Positions 24,397 through 37,009 of a DNA stretch of 64,000 bases are shown one piece after another; position 1 is the first letter of the stretch, and each line of letters begins with the position of its first letter. A program made the position numbers and the translations under genes. The stretch covers positions 29,518,437 to 29,582,436 of the forward strand of contig NC_092672.1 in assembly GCF_964355755.1 (NCBI RefSeq), read 5' to 3'. This stretch comes from Antedon mediterranea. Taxonomy: Eukaryota > Animalia > Echinodermata. Below the pieces are notes generated by a model that was not told the DNA's origin, did no database searches, and was given only the letters and a program-made list of their open reading frames with translations.

Positions 24397-25518
24397 ATGA
24401 CAACTTTAAGATCGGGTAAAAATATAGATAAGACTATGTCAGAAAAAGATACTAGGGAAGATATGGTTGACCAAGAAGAGGTTGACCAAGTCAATGAAAT
24501 ATATGATAAAATGGCTAGGGATATTGATTTGCCCGAAATACCCGGCGGTATGCCTAAAGATATGATGCTCGAATATTTTCGAATGAAGTTCGAGGCCGAA
24601 AACAAAAAGTTAGAATACCAATTAAGATTAGAAGCAGATATAGAGCAAAGAAAAATTGAATCACAAGAAAGAGTGAAAATGATGGAATTAGAAAATAGGT
24701 CTAGCTACAGTAATGCTAGGAATATAGTAGATGAAATGAAGGTAAAGGTTCCTACTTTGAAGGAATCAGATGATATTGATATATATTTTAGAACACTTGG
24801 CAGAAGCCACAGGTTGGGATAAGAATACGTGGTCCGCTAGGTTAGCACCTGAACTGTCTGGTAAAGCTAGGACAGCATATGCATCCTTAACCGTAAAAGA
24901 ATGTGTAGATTATGATACCTTAAAGAAGGCAATCTTAGAAAAGTATGATGTGTCCGCAGAGACCTACAGATTTAAATTTAGAAATTCAAACAGAGTTAAA
25001 GATATGTCCATCAGGGAATGGCTGAATGAGCTCTCCCATTATTTAAAATGTTGGATGAAATGTGCTAATGTAAAAGAAGATGATGCTGCAGGCATTATTG
25101 AAATGATTATAATGGAACAGGCACTTGATAAAATGCCTGAAGATCTGAGGCTTTATCTTAGAGATAAACAAGTAAATAAGAGCTATGATATGGCTATGAT
25201 AGCCGATGATTATATAGCTAATAGAGGTGGCCGTGGCTATTGGAATGCCGTAAATTCTGAAAATAATACGTATTAAAAGGGCCAAGAAAATAGTAAACCT
25301 AAGAATAGTACGACTCAGAATAACCCTGGAGCTAGGCAGCAAGGATACAATAGGTATCGCGGAAGGGGAGGCAAATTCCATAACTATGGTAGAAATTTCC
25401 AACAGAGAGAACCTTCAAATGAATGGATTAATGGCCTATGCTTTAATTGTAAGGAGAAGGGACATAAAATAGGAGATTGTCCTAAGATGGTAGCAAAAGG
25501 AAAGACTAGTGACACTAT
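24397..25518 (+). pseudogene. Gypsy gag with SCAN-like capsid C-terminal domain and CCHC zinc knuckle; frameshift near 24795 and stop at 25274
   Basis: LAPELSGKARTAY...YDTLKKAILEKY...ETYRFKFR...IIMEQAL..MPEDLRLYLRD; knuckle CFNCKEKGHKIGDC at about 25439-25480. Confidence 0.88.
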
Positions 25519-25776
25519 GACCCCATTTACACTTTCGTTTGGGTCCTGGGCCGGTTGCAAATATTTACTTTTTAGGCCGGCCCAGAGCGTTTACACTACC
25601 GACGCAGATTACTGGTCGTAAATAATTTTATCGGAAGTACCATTGCATGCTGGGATACGAAGTACAGTTTGTTTACATTTTTCTCGCTCGATCGTCAATT
25701 GAACTTTCCGCGCGAACCGACCATTTTATATTTATACTGTATTGTTGTTTTTTGTTCCGTCCCGTTAAAAAACAAA

Positions 25777-27315
25777 ATGAACCCCACTGTTTTATATATA
25801 TGGCTGTATTTTATGTATATGCGAAACAAGCGAAGGAATACTTTATTGAAAGAAGTCACAGATGAGGATAATGAAGAGGAGGTTCATTTGACAAAATATC
25901 AAGATCGTGTTCAAAAGAGTAGAAGACGTTTTCTGAGAGATGTTGACAGGCGCTCAAGGGAGTATCGCCGTGCTAGGCTAGGCCGGTGGGTACACTTTCT
26001 GACATACGGTGTTGGCCTTGGATACATGGTTGACAGGCGAATCTGGTGCAAAATTCGGATGCAGGGTGTATTTTGGCAGGCTATTATAGAAGGCACATTT
26101 ACTGAAGAAGACTGGAAACAAAATTTTAGAATGAAAAAAACCACGTTTGAATATTTATGTGGTCAACTTCATAATCGTCTTTTTAAATCAGACACTTGTT
26201 TTAGAAAATCAATTAGTGTAAAATTAAAAGTGGCAATTACACTTTGGAGGCTTGGTACTAATTGCGAATACAGATCAATAGGCCACTTATTTGGTGTTGC
26301 ATCCTCTACTGCATGTAAAATTGTTATAGAGACATGTAGTGCAATAGTTGATGTTTTACAAGAACAATATATAAGATTTCCAGAAGGACAGAGACTGAGA
26401 GAAGTGGTGGCTGGTTTTGAGACACAATTTGGTTTTCCCCAATGTGCTGGAGCAATAGATGGCACACACCTTCCCATAATTGGACCAGTCAAATTTCATG
26501 CCGATTACTATAACCGCAAGGGTTTTTATTCAATTATAATGCAGGCTGTTTGTGACCACCAGTACCGGTGAGTACAAGATGCAATTTCACTTTAATTGAT
26601 TTGGTTGTTTATAATGAGATATGTTGCAATTACTTTTATAAATAGTTAGTCATCATATCATTTACAAGTTATAATGTTTGTTTGCAGATTTACCGACATC
26701 TACATCGGATGGCTGGGAAAGGTACATGACGCCAGGGTTTTTGCGAATTCTCCTTTCTATGACGACTTGTGTCAAGGAAATCTCCTCCCAGATGTAAGTA
26801 TTTCAAACTACGAAAACAAAGCAGTAACTTCTCTGATCGTGACGAACTAGTACTGTATTTTTTTAAATTTATTTCAGCTTCCCAAAGATATTGATGGCGT
26901 TCAAGTCCCATTGGTTATACTTGGAGATCCGGCCTATCCCCTACTCCCAACAGTTATGAAAGGTTACTCAGACAATGGAAGGCTCACTGAAAGACAAGTT
27001 ACGTTTAACTACCGATTAAGTAGAGCCCGAATGGTAATTGAAGGGTGCTTTGGCAGGCTAAAAGGAAGATGGCGGTGTCTTTTAAAACGCAACGACACAA
27101 AGTTGGAATACCTTCCCACCCAGATAGCTGCAGCGTGTACTCTCCATAACATATGCGAGTTGTTTGGGGATGAAATTGAAATGGGGGTTGCAAATCTTGA
27201 TTTATATAATGAACCAGTACTAGCAGCCATTGAAAATAACATTGAGGTTAATGGTCCATCAGGTCATACTATACGTGAAGCACTGGCCAATCACTTTCAA
27301 CGAGAAGGCATATAA
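25777..27315 (+). CDS. Harbinger DDE transposase (HARBI1-like), 3 exons, about 444 aa
   Basis: join(25777-26567, 26688-26793, 26878-27315) with GT-AG introns. Motifs: NFRMKKTTFEYL, GAIDGTH, YYNRKGFYS, HDARVF, LGDPAYP, FNYRLSRARMVIEGCFGRLKGRW, ACTLHNIC. No stop after splicing. Confidence 0.93.
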
Positions 27316-28022
27316 CAATTTTTATTTGATAACTAGATTAAACTTTTAATGATATTTTTATATAAAATTTGTATTGAAAGGTATGCAACTCTACAGAAAC
27401 AAAAAGCATGCAATTAAATAGTCAAGTACTTCCATGACTTTCAACATTTCTAAAATACCTTAAAATAAAAAAATAAGTTGTTTATATTGCTATTAATACT
27501 ACATGTATAATAATTTTAGTGTAAGTTTCGTTTTTAATTATACATACAGTAGCACCATTGTCAAGTATTTCCATGACTTTTAACATTTATTAAAGGTTTT
27601 GTGAAAGACATTTTTTTTCTCTAAATTACCAAACTAATAACATTAAAGTATAGTATAGAAAACAATACTACATTGCATTGTTTATAAAGCATAACTATAG
27701 TGGCTGGCTGAGGTATGTGATTGTATAGAAACAAAAAGAAAAATGCAATTAAATAGTCAAGTATTCCCATGACTTTCAACATTTCTAAAATACCTTAAAA
27801 TACAAAATTAAGTTGTTTATATTGCTATTAATACTATAATAATTTTAGTGTAAGTTTCGTGAAAGACACCATTTTACTTTTATCAAATTGTACATAGCAC
27901 CATTTTCAAGCTGTCGAGCTGTATATAAATTTTCAAAAATTACAAAACAATATTGCCTACTTTCTTTTCATTTTGTACTTAAGTAACTGAATACTGCATC
28001 CTGTTTATATAGGTTGTTCATT

Positions 28023-29385
28023 CTACATGTTGTAGTATGTTGGTTGGTCTGAAGATGGCTGTTGTTGTTGACTATTATTGAACATCTGGCACATCATCGA
28101 CATCATACGCATTTCATGTTCTCTATCCTGGTTTCGCATTCTTTCTTCCCTGTCCATGTCTTCCTTTCGTCTTTTTTCCATGCCTTCTTCTCGTTCTGCC
28201 TTTCTCTTCTCTTCCCATAACCTGTATTCCTTCGCTTGTTCCATCTCCCATATCCTTTGCTCGTCTCTGTTCCTCTTCTCCATTGCCCAGTGTTGCTCGT
28301 CTCTTTCTTTCTCCGACTTTAAAAATGCCTTCGTCATAGCATCTAATGCCTGCTCTGCCTTTCCTTTTTTTGCCTTTTTTGGGTTTGGTTGGTTTCTACC
28401 TATACATAAGATTACAATTTCTTTATACTGTAATATGGTAATAATTAAATTTTTTGAATAGATAAATAGTAGGTAATCATTGCTCTATTTTTAAATTTTT
28501 GGTTTTCATATTTATTTATGATCAATTTATCATGGAATGTTTTGTGTATTGCACAACAAGTACTGTATTTATTTCAATAAACGCCCCAATAATCATAATA
28601 TTTACTAACCGTTGTAAGTGGGTGTGGCTAGATGGGTTGCTGGGGGTGTGGCTAGATGGGCTGCTGGTGGTGTAGCTTGATGGGCTGCTGGTGGTGTAGC
28701 TTGATGGGCTGGCAATGGTGGTTCTACTACTACGGCTGTTCCTTCCTCTACTACTAGGCCTACATCATCATCGTCATCTAATTAATTATGTAGGGGACAA
28801 TGAAATGATAAATTATAAATAACCACATAATTAAATAAAAATGATTAACTTGTTGTAAAAAGCAACGTCTAATCAATGTTAAGTCTAAATCTGTTTTTTT
28901 TTTTCAAATTATTTAATCTACTTACTATCTGTATCGCTGCTACTACTACTAGGCCTAGTACTACTACTACCAGAGGAAGTGCTCGGTTCGTCATTTTCTC
29001 CTCCTCCTCCTCCTCCTCCTCCTCCGGGTTTTTGATGTTGACGCCGGCGGGAACAGACAATTTCCGGCGGGTTCATTTCAGGCCTGGACCCAAGTATTGC
29101 GTCCAGCTCCTCAAAATGCTTGCATGTTTTCCTGCTTGCCCCACTCTTTTTATTATTATCGGCCACCTTCTTGTAGTCCGCTTTTAATTTTTTTATTTTC
29201 CTTTGCACTTGCAGTGCGTTCCGAACAATCCCACTTTCACGTAGGAGCTTGTCGGAAATAATCCGATAGACGCCTGCGTTTCGGACGCTACCGTCCATTT
29301 GAGCCTGTATTTTTTCCTCGGCCCAAATCCCGAGCAACCCAAGTACCTCCTCGTATGTCCAATTGGAACCACGATTTTCAGACAT
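28023..29385 (-). CDS. Harbinger Myb/SANT-like (trihelix) DNA-binding protein, 3 exons, about 334 aa
   Basis: complement(join 28926-29385, 28610-28777, 28023-28399), phases 1-1. N-terminal NWTYEEVLGLLGIW...QVQRKIKKLKADY...CKHFEELDAILG, then low-complexity and AHQATPPA repeats, then an E/R/K-rich coiled coil. Confidence 0.9.
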
Positions 29386-29698
29386 CTTATAAAAATTGGT
29401 AAAAATAAATTTAACTACGGAATATAAATGATGAAGAAAACAAATTGTCGCGCGAAAAAGAAGAAGGTATGTACCCAGAATGTCGGATCGTCGTCATAAC
29501 AACAACCTCATAAAAAGGTCAAACGTTGTTCACGGTTCACTGCGTAAGCCGGCCCAAAACGTAAAAGCCGCTCCTGAACCTACCTGGAGAGGTGGCCCAG
29601 ATCTGCGTCCGGCCCAGGGCCGGCCTAACTTTTTGGAGTATTTACACTTATCAATTGCCGACCCAGGGCCGGCCTAAATCGTAAGTGTAAATGGGGTC

Positions 29699-31536
29699 TA
29701 AGAAGGGCCCGAATGTGAAAGATGGCTTAAGATGTGAAGGACTAAAATCAGATAGACCCCAAGTAGTTATAGATAGTGTAGAAAATAAAATGGAGAAGTG
29801 TACAATACCAGGAAAATTAGAAGGACAGGATATAACTATGCTTAGAGACTCGGGATGTACCCAGTCAGCTGTTAAGGAAAGTCTAGTGCCTAACAAATGT
29901 TACTTGCCAGGAAAATGGGTTACGTTAAGAGGTATAGGAGGCGATAATTACCGTCCCCTTAGCTGAGGTAGCTATAGAAAGTAAGATAGTGACAGGAAAA
30001 GTGATTGTAGCCGTAATCGAAGGATTACAGAGGGACATGTTATTGGGTCATGATTTGGACCAGAATTGTGGGGAAACAATGGCTAAAGAAATGTTCGTCC
30101 TAACTAGGGAGCAAGCCAGAATAGAAAATGATGTTAGAATACAAGACGAAATGATATTGTTAGGGAAAGATAGTAACTTTAAGCCGATAGAAGAGCCGCC
30201 TAAAGAAACTAATGTACAATTGTTGAAAACAGTAGTAAATGACAACAAAGTAAATAAAACTAAGTGTTTAGATGATATGAATGGAACAGAAATGAATAAT
30301 TTGTTTGACAAAAATGAGGATAAAGCTAAAGATAAAACAGTCAAACATAAAACTTATGAACAACAGCACAAGCTGAACCTAACTAAACAAGAACTGATCA
30401 AATTGCAAACTAAGGATGACTCACTCAAAGGAGTGTTTGACAGGGTAGTCCCTATAGAAGAAATAGGTCAGCATAGGGTATGTTTCTTTATGAGACAAGG
30501 TATATTGATGAGAAATTGGAGTAGTATTAAAGATAAGAATAACCAAGTGGAACAGATTGTATTACCCACTCAGTGTAGACAGGGTGTATTACACTTAGGT
30601 CATAATGTGCCATTTGCAGGTCACATGGGTGTTGAGAAAACTAAAAGTAGGATCCTGAACCAATTCTATTGGCCAGGTATATTTAAAGATGTGGTAGTCT
30701 ATTGTAAAGTCTGTAAGGAATGCCAAAAGGTAGATAAGGGTAAAAGTAAAAGGAAACATACTTTGATACCATTACCGATTATAAGTACACCATTTAAACG
30801 TATAGCGATAGATATTGTTGGACCCTTATCTAGAACAAGCCGTAATAACAAATATATGCTTACTATAATTGACTATGCTACGAGATATCCGGATGCTATC
30901 CCGTTACCCAATGTTAGAGCTGAAACAGTAGCCAGGGCTCTAATAGAAGTCTTTACTAGAGTAGGATTACCCGAAGAGATTGTACATGATCAAGGAACTA
31001 ATTTCATGTCTTCAATTATGCAATCTATATGTAGTATGTTGGGGATTAATCAATTAAAGACTACAGTGTACCACCCCCAAAGCAATGGGCTTGTTGAAAG
31101 ATTTCACGGTACATTGAAAAATATGATAAGGACACTTACAGTTAAGCAAAGAAAAAATTGGGATAACTACATACCTCCCTTTCTGTTTGCATACAGAGAA
31201 GTTCCTAGTAAAGCGACGGGCCATTCACCTTTTAAATTGCTTTATGGTAGAGAGGTGAGGGGACCCTTGAGTTTACTCAAAAGTAATTGGGTAGAAGATG
31301 AAGAAACATCTACTGATGTTATCAAATACATGTTAGACATAAGAGAAAAAATGGAGGAATTAATGAAAGATGCTAATGTAAACAAACTTGAACAACAAGA
31401 AATTATGTCCCACAATTATAACAAGAATGCTATTGATAGAGAATTTGTAGAAGGGGACAAAGTGTTGATATTCCTTCCAGTAGGAAATAGTAAGTTAGAC
31501 AGTAAATGGCAAGGCCCCTTCACTGTTACAAAATAA
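29699..31536 (+). pseudogene. Gypsy pol: aspartic protease and integrase (frameshift near 29948; C-terminus cut at 31534)
   Basis: Protease motif MLRDSGCTQS; integrase HHCC (H..PFAGHMG...CKVCKEC) and D-D-E (AIDIVGP, HDQGTNF, VERFHGTL); ends at KWQGPFTVTK. Confidence 0.93.
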
Positions 31537-31748
31537 CGAGTCGTCGGAAGATGGACCATTTCACGAATTTCCTATTTTGTAACCACAGTGTGATTTTGCC
31601 GTAGCTGCACTTGTAATCTGGCCTGATTTCACAGCCTTCGTTCTGCTTCACTGGGCGCTTATATAAATTGAAACTTTTACCGTTCAAGAGACAAACAAAT
31701 ATATTTTACATTTTTTACTATTCATTTTAAACCCGGAACCCCCCTTTA
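31534..31748. mobile_element. Non-coding 215-bp insert replacing part of the IN-RT linker; one-ended remnant of a TTAA-target (Kolobok-like) element
   Basis: Pol homology stops at 31533 and resumes after ...cggaacccccct-ttaa with NETVHDNELDSEIDIGLSYHQ. Confidence 0.45.
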
Positions 31749-33202
31749 AATGAAACAGTCCATGACAATGAGTTAGATAGTGAAATAGACATAGGATTGT
31801 CTTATCATCAATCACAAACATGGAGAGATGTTAACGTTAGTAGTAATTTAAATGATACACAAACTAAACAATTAACAGAATTGTTAAAGTACCAACAGAA
31901 TGTATTCTCGGATGTACCAGGTAGAACTCACTTAGTGACACATGAAATTAAGACTAATGGTGAAATGCCTATAAGGCATAGGGCATATAGAACGCCCCAA
32001 GCATTAAAGGGTAAATTGAAAGAAGAATTAGATAGTATGTTGGCTATGGGTATAATAGAACCTACAGTTAGTGCCTATGCTGCACCTATTATTGCCCTGA
32101 AGAAAGGCCAGAATCAAATTAGAATGGTGACAGATTTTAGATCACTAAATAAGACTACACAATTTGACCCTTATGTTATGCCTCGCATAGACGAAATGTT
32201 GGATGAGGTATCATCCGCAATATACATAACTACGTTAGATCTAACTAAAGGATTTTACCAGGTGCCTCTGGATCCTAAGACCAAAGACAAATCAGCATTT
32301 ATTACACAATTTGGACAGTATTGTTACAATGTACTTCCATTTGGTATGCAAAATAGCTCTAGTACTTTCCAAAGATTAATGGATAAGGTATTACAAGGTA
32401 CTGAGGGATATGCTAAGGCATATATAGATGACATATGTATTTATAGTCAAACTGGGAAAGATCATATTTTTCATTTGAATGATGTATTAGAAAGATTAAG
32501 TAGTGCTGGATTGACAGCAAAGCCTTTGAAATGTAAAATTGCCTATGCACAGGTAGAATTTCTGGGGCATAAGATTGGTAATGGAGAAATTAGACCCAAG
32601 ATTGATAAGGTTGAGGCTGTGGAAAAGTTCCCCAGACCTTTGTCTAAGAAACAAGTCCGATCATTTCTCGGATTAACGGGCTATTACAGAAAATTTGTAC
32701 AGAACTATGCCGATATTGCTAAGCCATTGATTGATTTAACTTTAAAGAGTAAAAGTAATACCGTTAAGTGGAATGAACAATGTGAAAATGCCTTTGTAAC
32801 TTTAAAGAAACGACTTACTGATGATAATGTATTAAAAGCCCCAAATTTTGATAAGATGTTTATATTGCAAACCGATGCCTCAAATTATGGCATAGGTGCA
32901 GTGCTGAGCCAAATAGATGGTGAGGGAAATGATTATATCATTGTGTACATGAGCAAAGATATTCTGTGCCAGAAAAAGAGTGCCTCTCTATTGTTTGGGC
33001 TATCAATAAACTTAAGTATTATCTGTATGGTTGTGAATTTCAAGTTCATACTGACCACCAGGCATTGAGATGGATGGACTCAATGAAGGGTGCCAATGTT
33101 AGACTTATGAGATGGGCTCTGTTTTTACAAGGATATAAATTTAAAGTTATTTACAAGAAAGGATCATTAAATGGAAATGCAGATGGATTAAGCCGTGTAT
33201 AA
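31749..33202 (+). pseudogene. Gypsy pol: reverse transcriptase and RNase H (frameshift near 32960)
   Basis: DFRSLN, LDLTKGFYQVP, LPFGMQNS, YIDDI, FLGH, RSFLGLTGYYRKFV, QTDASNYGIGAVL, EKECL, HTDHQAL, NADGLSR. Confidence 0.95.
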
Positions 33203-33292
33203 ATATATTATAGAGGTGTTATTAGTAGATAGTTTAAAGTAAAATGGTTTTAAATGTTAAATTTTTGGAAAGATTGACACAATCTTTTTCCC

Positions 33293-33303
33293 AAAAAGGG
33301 GAA
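33293..33303 (+). promoter_or_regulatory. Polypurine tract
   Basis: aaaaaggggaa immediately before the 3' LTR. Confidence 0.8.
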
Positions 33304-33707
33304 TGTCATATTATTGATGTTGTGATTCTCTGTGTTTAAAGAAGGATGCTTTAGACCAGGTCCGCCTTATTATTAGCCAATCAAAATTGTATAATTTTTG
33401 GAGGGAAAATGTTATCCTCCTCTGAAGCCTAAAATTTGCATATCCAGTATAAAAGTGGAATGTAATAGATATTAAGGGAGAAGAGAGAATAGGATCAGAG
33501 TAGATAAACGGAAAGTTGATAAAGAGAATATTAAGGCTTGACTGGTAGTGATAGAAAGATGTATTAATCGAATTACAAAGAATAAAAGTTCTAGTTGAGT
33601 TAAATATACTTTTTGTATGAGTTATCATTCAGTGACAGCTGTGTACGTCGCGTGGAGTTATATACGCCTGAGAAAGCTCGGAACCAACTAAAGATAAATT
33701 CACTACA
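33304..33707 (+). repeat. 3' LTR
   Basis: Direct repeat of 23454-23857, followed by the TSD cctag. Confidence 0.97.
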
Positions 33708-33829
33708 CCTAGACTAGACGAAACGTTAACATATGAAAAAGATTACGCATGCGTAAGGCAGGATGGCGCCATTTCCCGTACCTAAAAAGCCAACAATATC
33801 GGCTCCTAGTCCTGGTGGTGGAACAAGTC

Positions 33830-33935
33830 TCCTCGGATAAGGACTATAAACCGTAGGTCCTATGTAGGCCTACACAGTGTGTCCGTGTGCACTTTAAAGG
33901 ACTCAGTTCATTATTCGAGACGAGTAGGGGGTGAA
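33830..33935 (+). mobile_element. Possible SINE central-domain fragment
   Basis: cctcggataaggactataaaccgtaggtcc...gcactttaaagga resembles a recalled conserved SINE domain (MetaSINE-like), followed by a (ttca)n tail. No tRNA head recognised. Confidence 0.3.
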
Positions 33936-34294
33936 CTAGTTCATTCATTCATTCATTCAATCTTTTCGAAATCTCAGGTCCATAAAAAGTAAAATTATTA
34001 ATTAAAAGATAAGCACTAATTATTACTAGGCCTACTCATCTCAGGATGGCATTTCACATGGAGGGCATCTTTGACTTATACAAGACGTTGCCTATAATCG
34101 TTGGGACTAAACATTTACTATAGGTAATCCTTCGCCTAATGACATGACAGTTCCTAAATGCATAAAATAAAAAATAAAATAAAAGTATACCGTAGGCCTA
34201 CATGTTAATATCATCATCAGCCTAATCATCATAACGTTACGTAACCTGTGGTGTAATATGTGTCGTCATCCACGCGTCTTCTTTTGCTCGGTGA

Positions 34295-34515
34295 AGCGTG
34301 GTTCCCACTGAGCGACGCAACGTAACGCAACATACGCAGCGTAAGAAAATGCCCTTCCAATCATTTTGTTTGCCCCCACCTGCGTGAAATAAAACCTGCG
34401 ATGTTTACAGCACTATTGCATCGTCGGTTCCCACTTGTGATTACGCAATACAGCACTTTGCGTCGATGCATTGCGTCGATACGTCGCTGCGTTACGTCCT
34501 AGTGGGAACCACGCT
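34295..34515. mobile_element. Harbinger-like MITE, family 2
   Basis: agcgtggttcccact ... agtgggaaccacgct; flanks tga/taa. Confidence 0.75.
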
Positions 34516-35890
34516 TAAGTATTGCCTTGTCGTCGACGTTTGTCACCAACTACATCGACCGCGCTAATTACAACAATAAATTGATAGCACTGGTTCTTCA
34601 CACAGGTATTCTATAATCACATTAATTATTGTGAACATGCAAAAGACAGCGTATCAATTAAAAATTAATTGGGAGTATACATCGTACTTTAGGTATAATC
34701 TGGTTGATAATTTTGGCTACCCACAGGTGCTAATGGTAAACTTGAGACTTGAAAAATACTTATTGGGTGTGGGTATATTTTAAAAAGTTCGCCTACTATT
34801 AGACGCATTAAAAACAAATTAAAAAATCAAATGGAGGATAAAGTAAAAAACATAGACAATATATCAAGCCACAAATAAATATTTAAAAAAATTACTGGAT
34901 TTATACAATTTAAAAGACTACACTAGTATGGATATAGGCCTATTTAGACTCTCCGGAGATGATTCACCTGCAAAAATTGAACTAATAAATGAATGTAACA
35001 GAATAGTAAAAAGACCAAGAGAGGAAGAAAAAAATAAACATGGAACAACACAACAATTAAAAAGGAAATATAAATTATAATAGTGTAAGAGAAACACCAC
35101 AGAACCATCCTGTCCGGCAGAGCGGAAGTAGAATAAAATAGGTAAAAGCGCCATGTCGCAAGACGAGAGGATGATAAAGATGACAGTTCACCTCTTGAGC
35201 CCCACAATTAAGTAGCCCAAAAGGCTTGTCCAATAACTCCATACACTTGGACAGACGTTGCGTTTACCAAATCGTAGAGCTATGCGTTCCAGAGATCACT
35301 GTAGATTATTCCCAAACTTGAAAAGAAATTACTTATTATAATTATTATTCAATAATGCACTTTTATGAAAACTGCATAAGTTCTGATGGTAAAGCTTTGT
35401 CCAATCTACATTAGCAAAGAAACTCTTTGATTGCAAACTCCAGAATCATATGACTACAAATAAACATAGCAGGGCAGTGAGAGAGCGAGAGCAAAACCTC
35501 CGCCTATATAGGCATTAAAATTGAATCATGTGTTCCAATACACCTATGAAATCTTTTTTTAAATCGTATGAACATTTTGAGTAATCCTGTTAAGAAATAT
35601 AGAAAGAAAAAAACACGCCTGATTGACCTCATGACCTCTCGCGATTATTCTGGCGGATGTAAAGACACAAACATCAGCAAATTAGTTTGTCAAGAAGGTA
35701 CATACCCTACTTCTGTAACAAACTAGTTTTCTGCTACTTTGGAAAACTGTTCTTGTTAAATTCGGAGTTTGCTGGTATTTGCATATTTATATAAAGCATT
35801 AAAAACCTTTGATTATTATCTAATACTTCATAATAGCGTAAAACTATTTAATAATACTCAGCATTTAATTTGACTATTGCAAGTATATAA

Positions 35891-36064
35891 AGCCATCAAA
35901 CATTATGTGACAAAAAATGTGATGTACGGACCCATATATATGGACATAATGATGTCATATCACTACCATATGTCGGCATATCACTACCATATGTCGGCAT
36001 ATCACTACGTATGGGCATATCACATTCTTTTTTTGTCAAACTAGTTTGATATGTAGACAGAGCT
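35891..36064. mobile_element. Harbinger-like MITE, family 1, with internal tandem catatcactaccatatgtcgg copies
   Basis: Homologous to 6981-7116 in the opposite orientation; ends tgtagacagagct-tta. Confidence 0.65.
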
Positions 36065-37009
36065 TTAAATGAAATTAATAATGCGAAATTGTTTTAAGTA
36101 GGCTTTTCTACAGAGCAAATTTTTTTACAATTGACAAAATCGTAATCTCCATTAAAAAAAATGTACAGTGGTCGATTTTGAACTTTTGAAATATAAATTG
36201 TCCACTTTTTAAATATAGTTGTCATCAATATTTTAAGATATTTAAGGTAGGCCTACATGATTGTAAACCAGGAAGAGATAATTCCACATAATTTTACAAA
36301 TTATTACATTTATATTTCCTAAACTCAAAAATAATCTCTTTGATCTTGTTGCCATTTACAGCTATATCAAACTAATTTTGTAACATAAACTTTTTTTATC
36401 TGCAATGCCAGTCACATAGTAGTATATACAAATGAAAAAAAAATCGGAAACAATAGAGTACACTATTGGTACAAAATGTAACACTAGCGTACGCTGTTCC
36501 GTCGCATCCTTTGATTTAAAAATCGTTTGAACGCAAGTAGTAGGCCTAATTCCTTGATCATGGCCATTAATTGCCACGTTCTTAATGTGTGGAATGCCTT
36601 GTTGCATTGACTTTTTATATAATTATAAACATTTTTGTTTTTGTTCTATGAGCTTTAGATTTTGTTTTTCTCGTTTGTTATGGATATATTGTGTCACCAT
36701 GGTATTCCGAAATAAAAAGATAAATGAATGAATTTCGTTGCAACTGTTACGATCACATCAAAATATTTACCAACACTTTATTTATCAATCACGGTAATAT
36801 GTATAATATATTTTTGTCTCAAAGAAAAAATATCAGTATATAATATAAAATATCGGTTCATCATGTACTATTTGACCATTTTATTGATTACAATATAGAC
36901 GCCAACAGACTAAGCTGGTGCTTGACAATGGGTACCTATACTTAAATGTAGGCCTACACAAAGACAAATACATTCGAATACATAATAAAATGTGCAATGT
37001 GCAATACGT

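Larger units (their letters stand above)
25519..29698. mobile_element. PIF/Harbinger DNA transposon, apparently autonomous, nested in the Gypsy gag-pol junction
   Basis: TIRs gaccccatttacact...agtgtaaatggggtc; flanks tat/taa (TAA target with one mismatch); two convergent genes. Removing it restores the host frame (...SDT-KKGPNV...). Confidence 0.95.
23454..33707 (+). mobile_element. Full-length Ty3/Gypsy LTR retrotransposon, Gmr1-type domain order (gag-PR-IN-RT-RH), disabled
   Basis: 404-bp LTRs with TG...CA ends, 5-bp TSD cctag (23449-23453 and 33708-33712), PBS, PPT and all pol domains present. Confidence 0.97.

Noticed and set aside
28078-29187. Plus-strand ORFs 28078-28461 and 28876-29187, and similar antisense ORFs over the kelch, gag, pol and NLR regions
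   Set aside because: Antisense shadows of real coding exons on the opposite strand.
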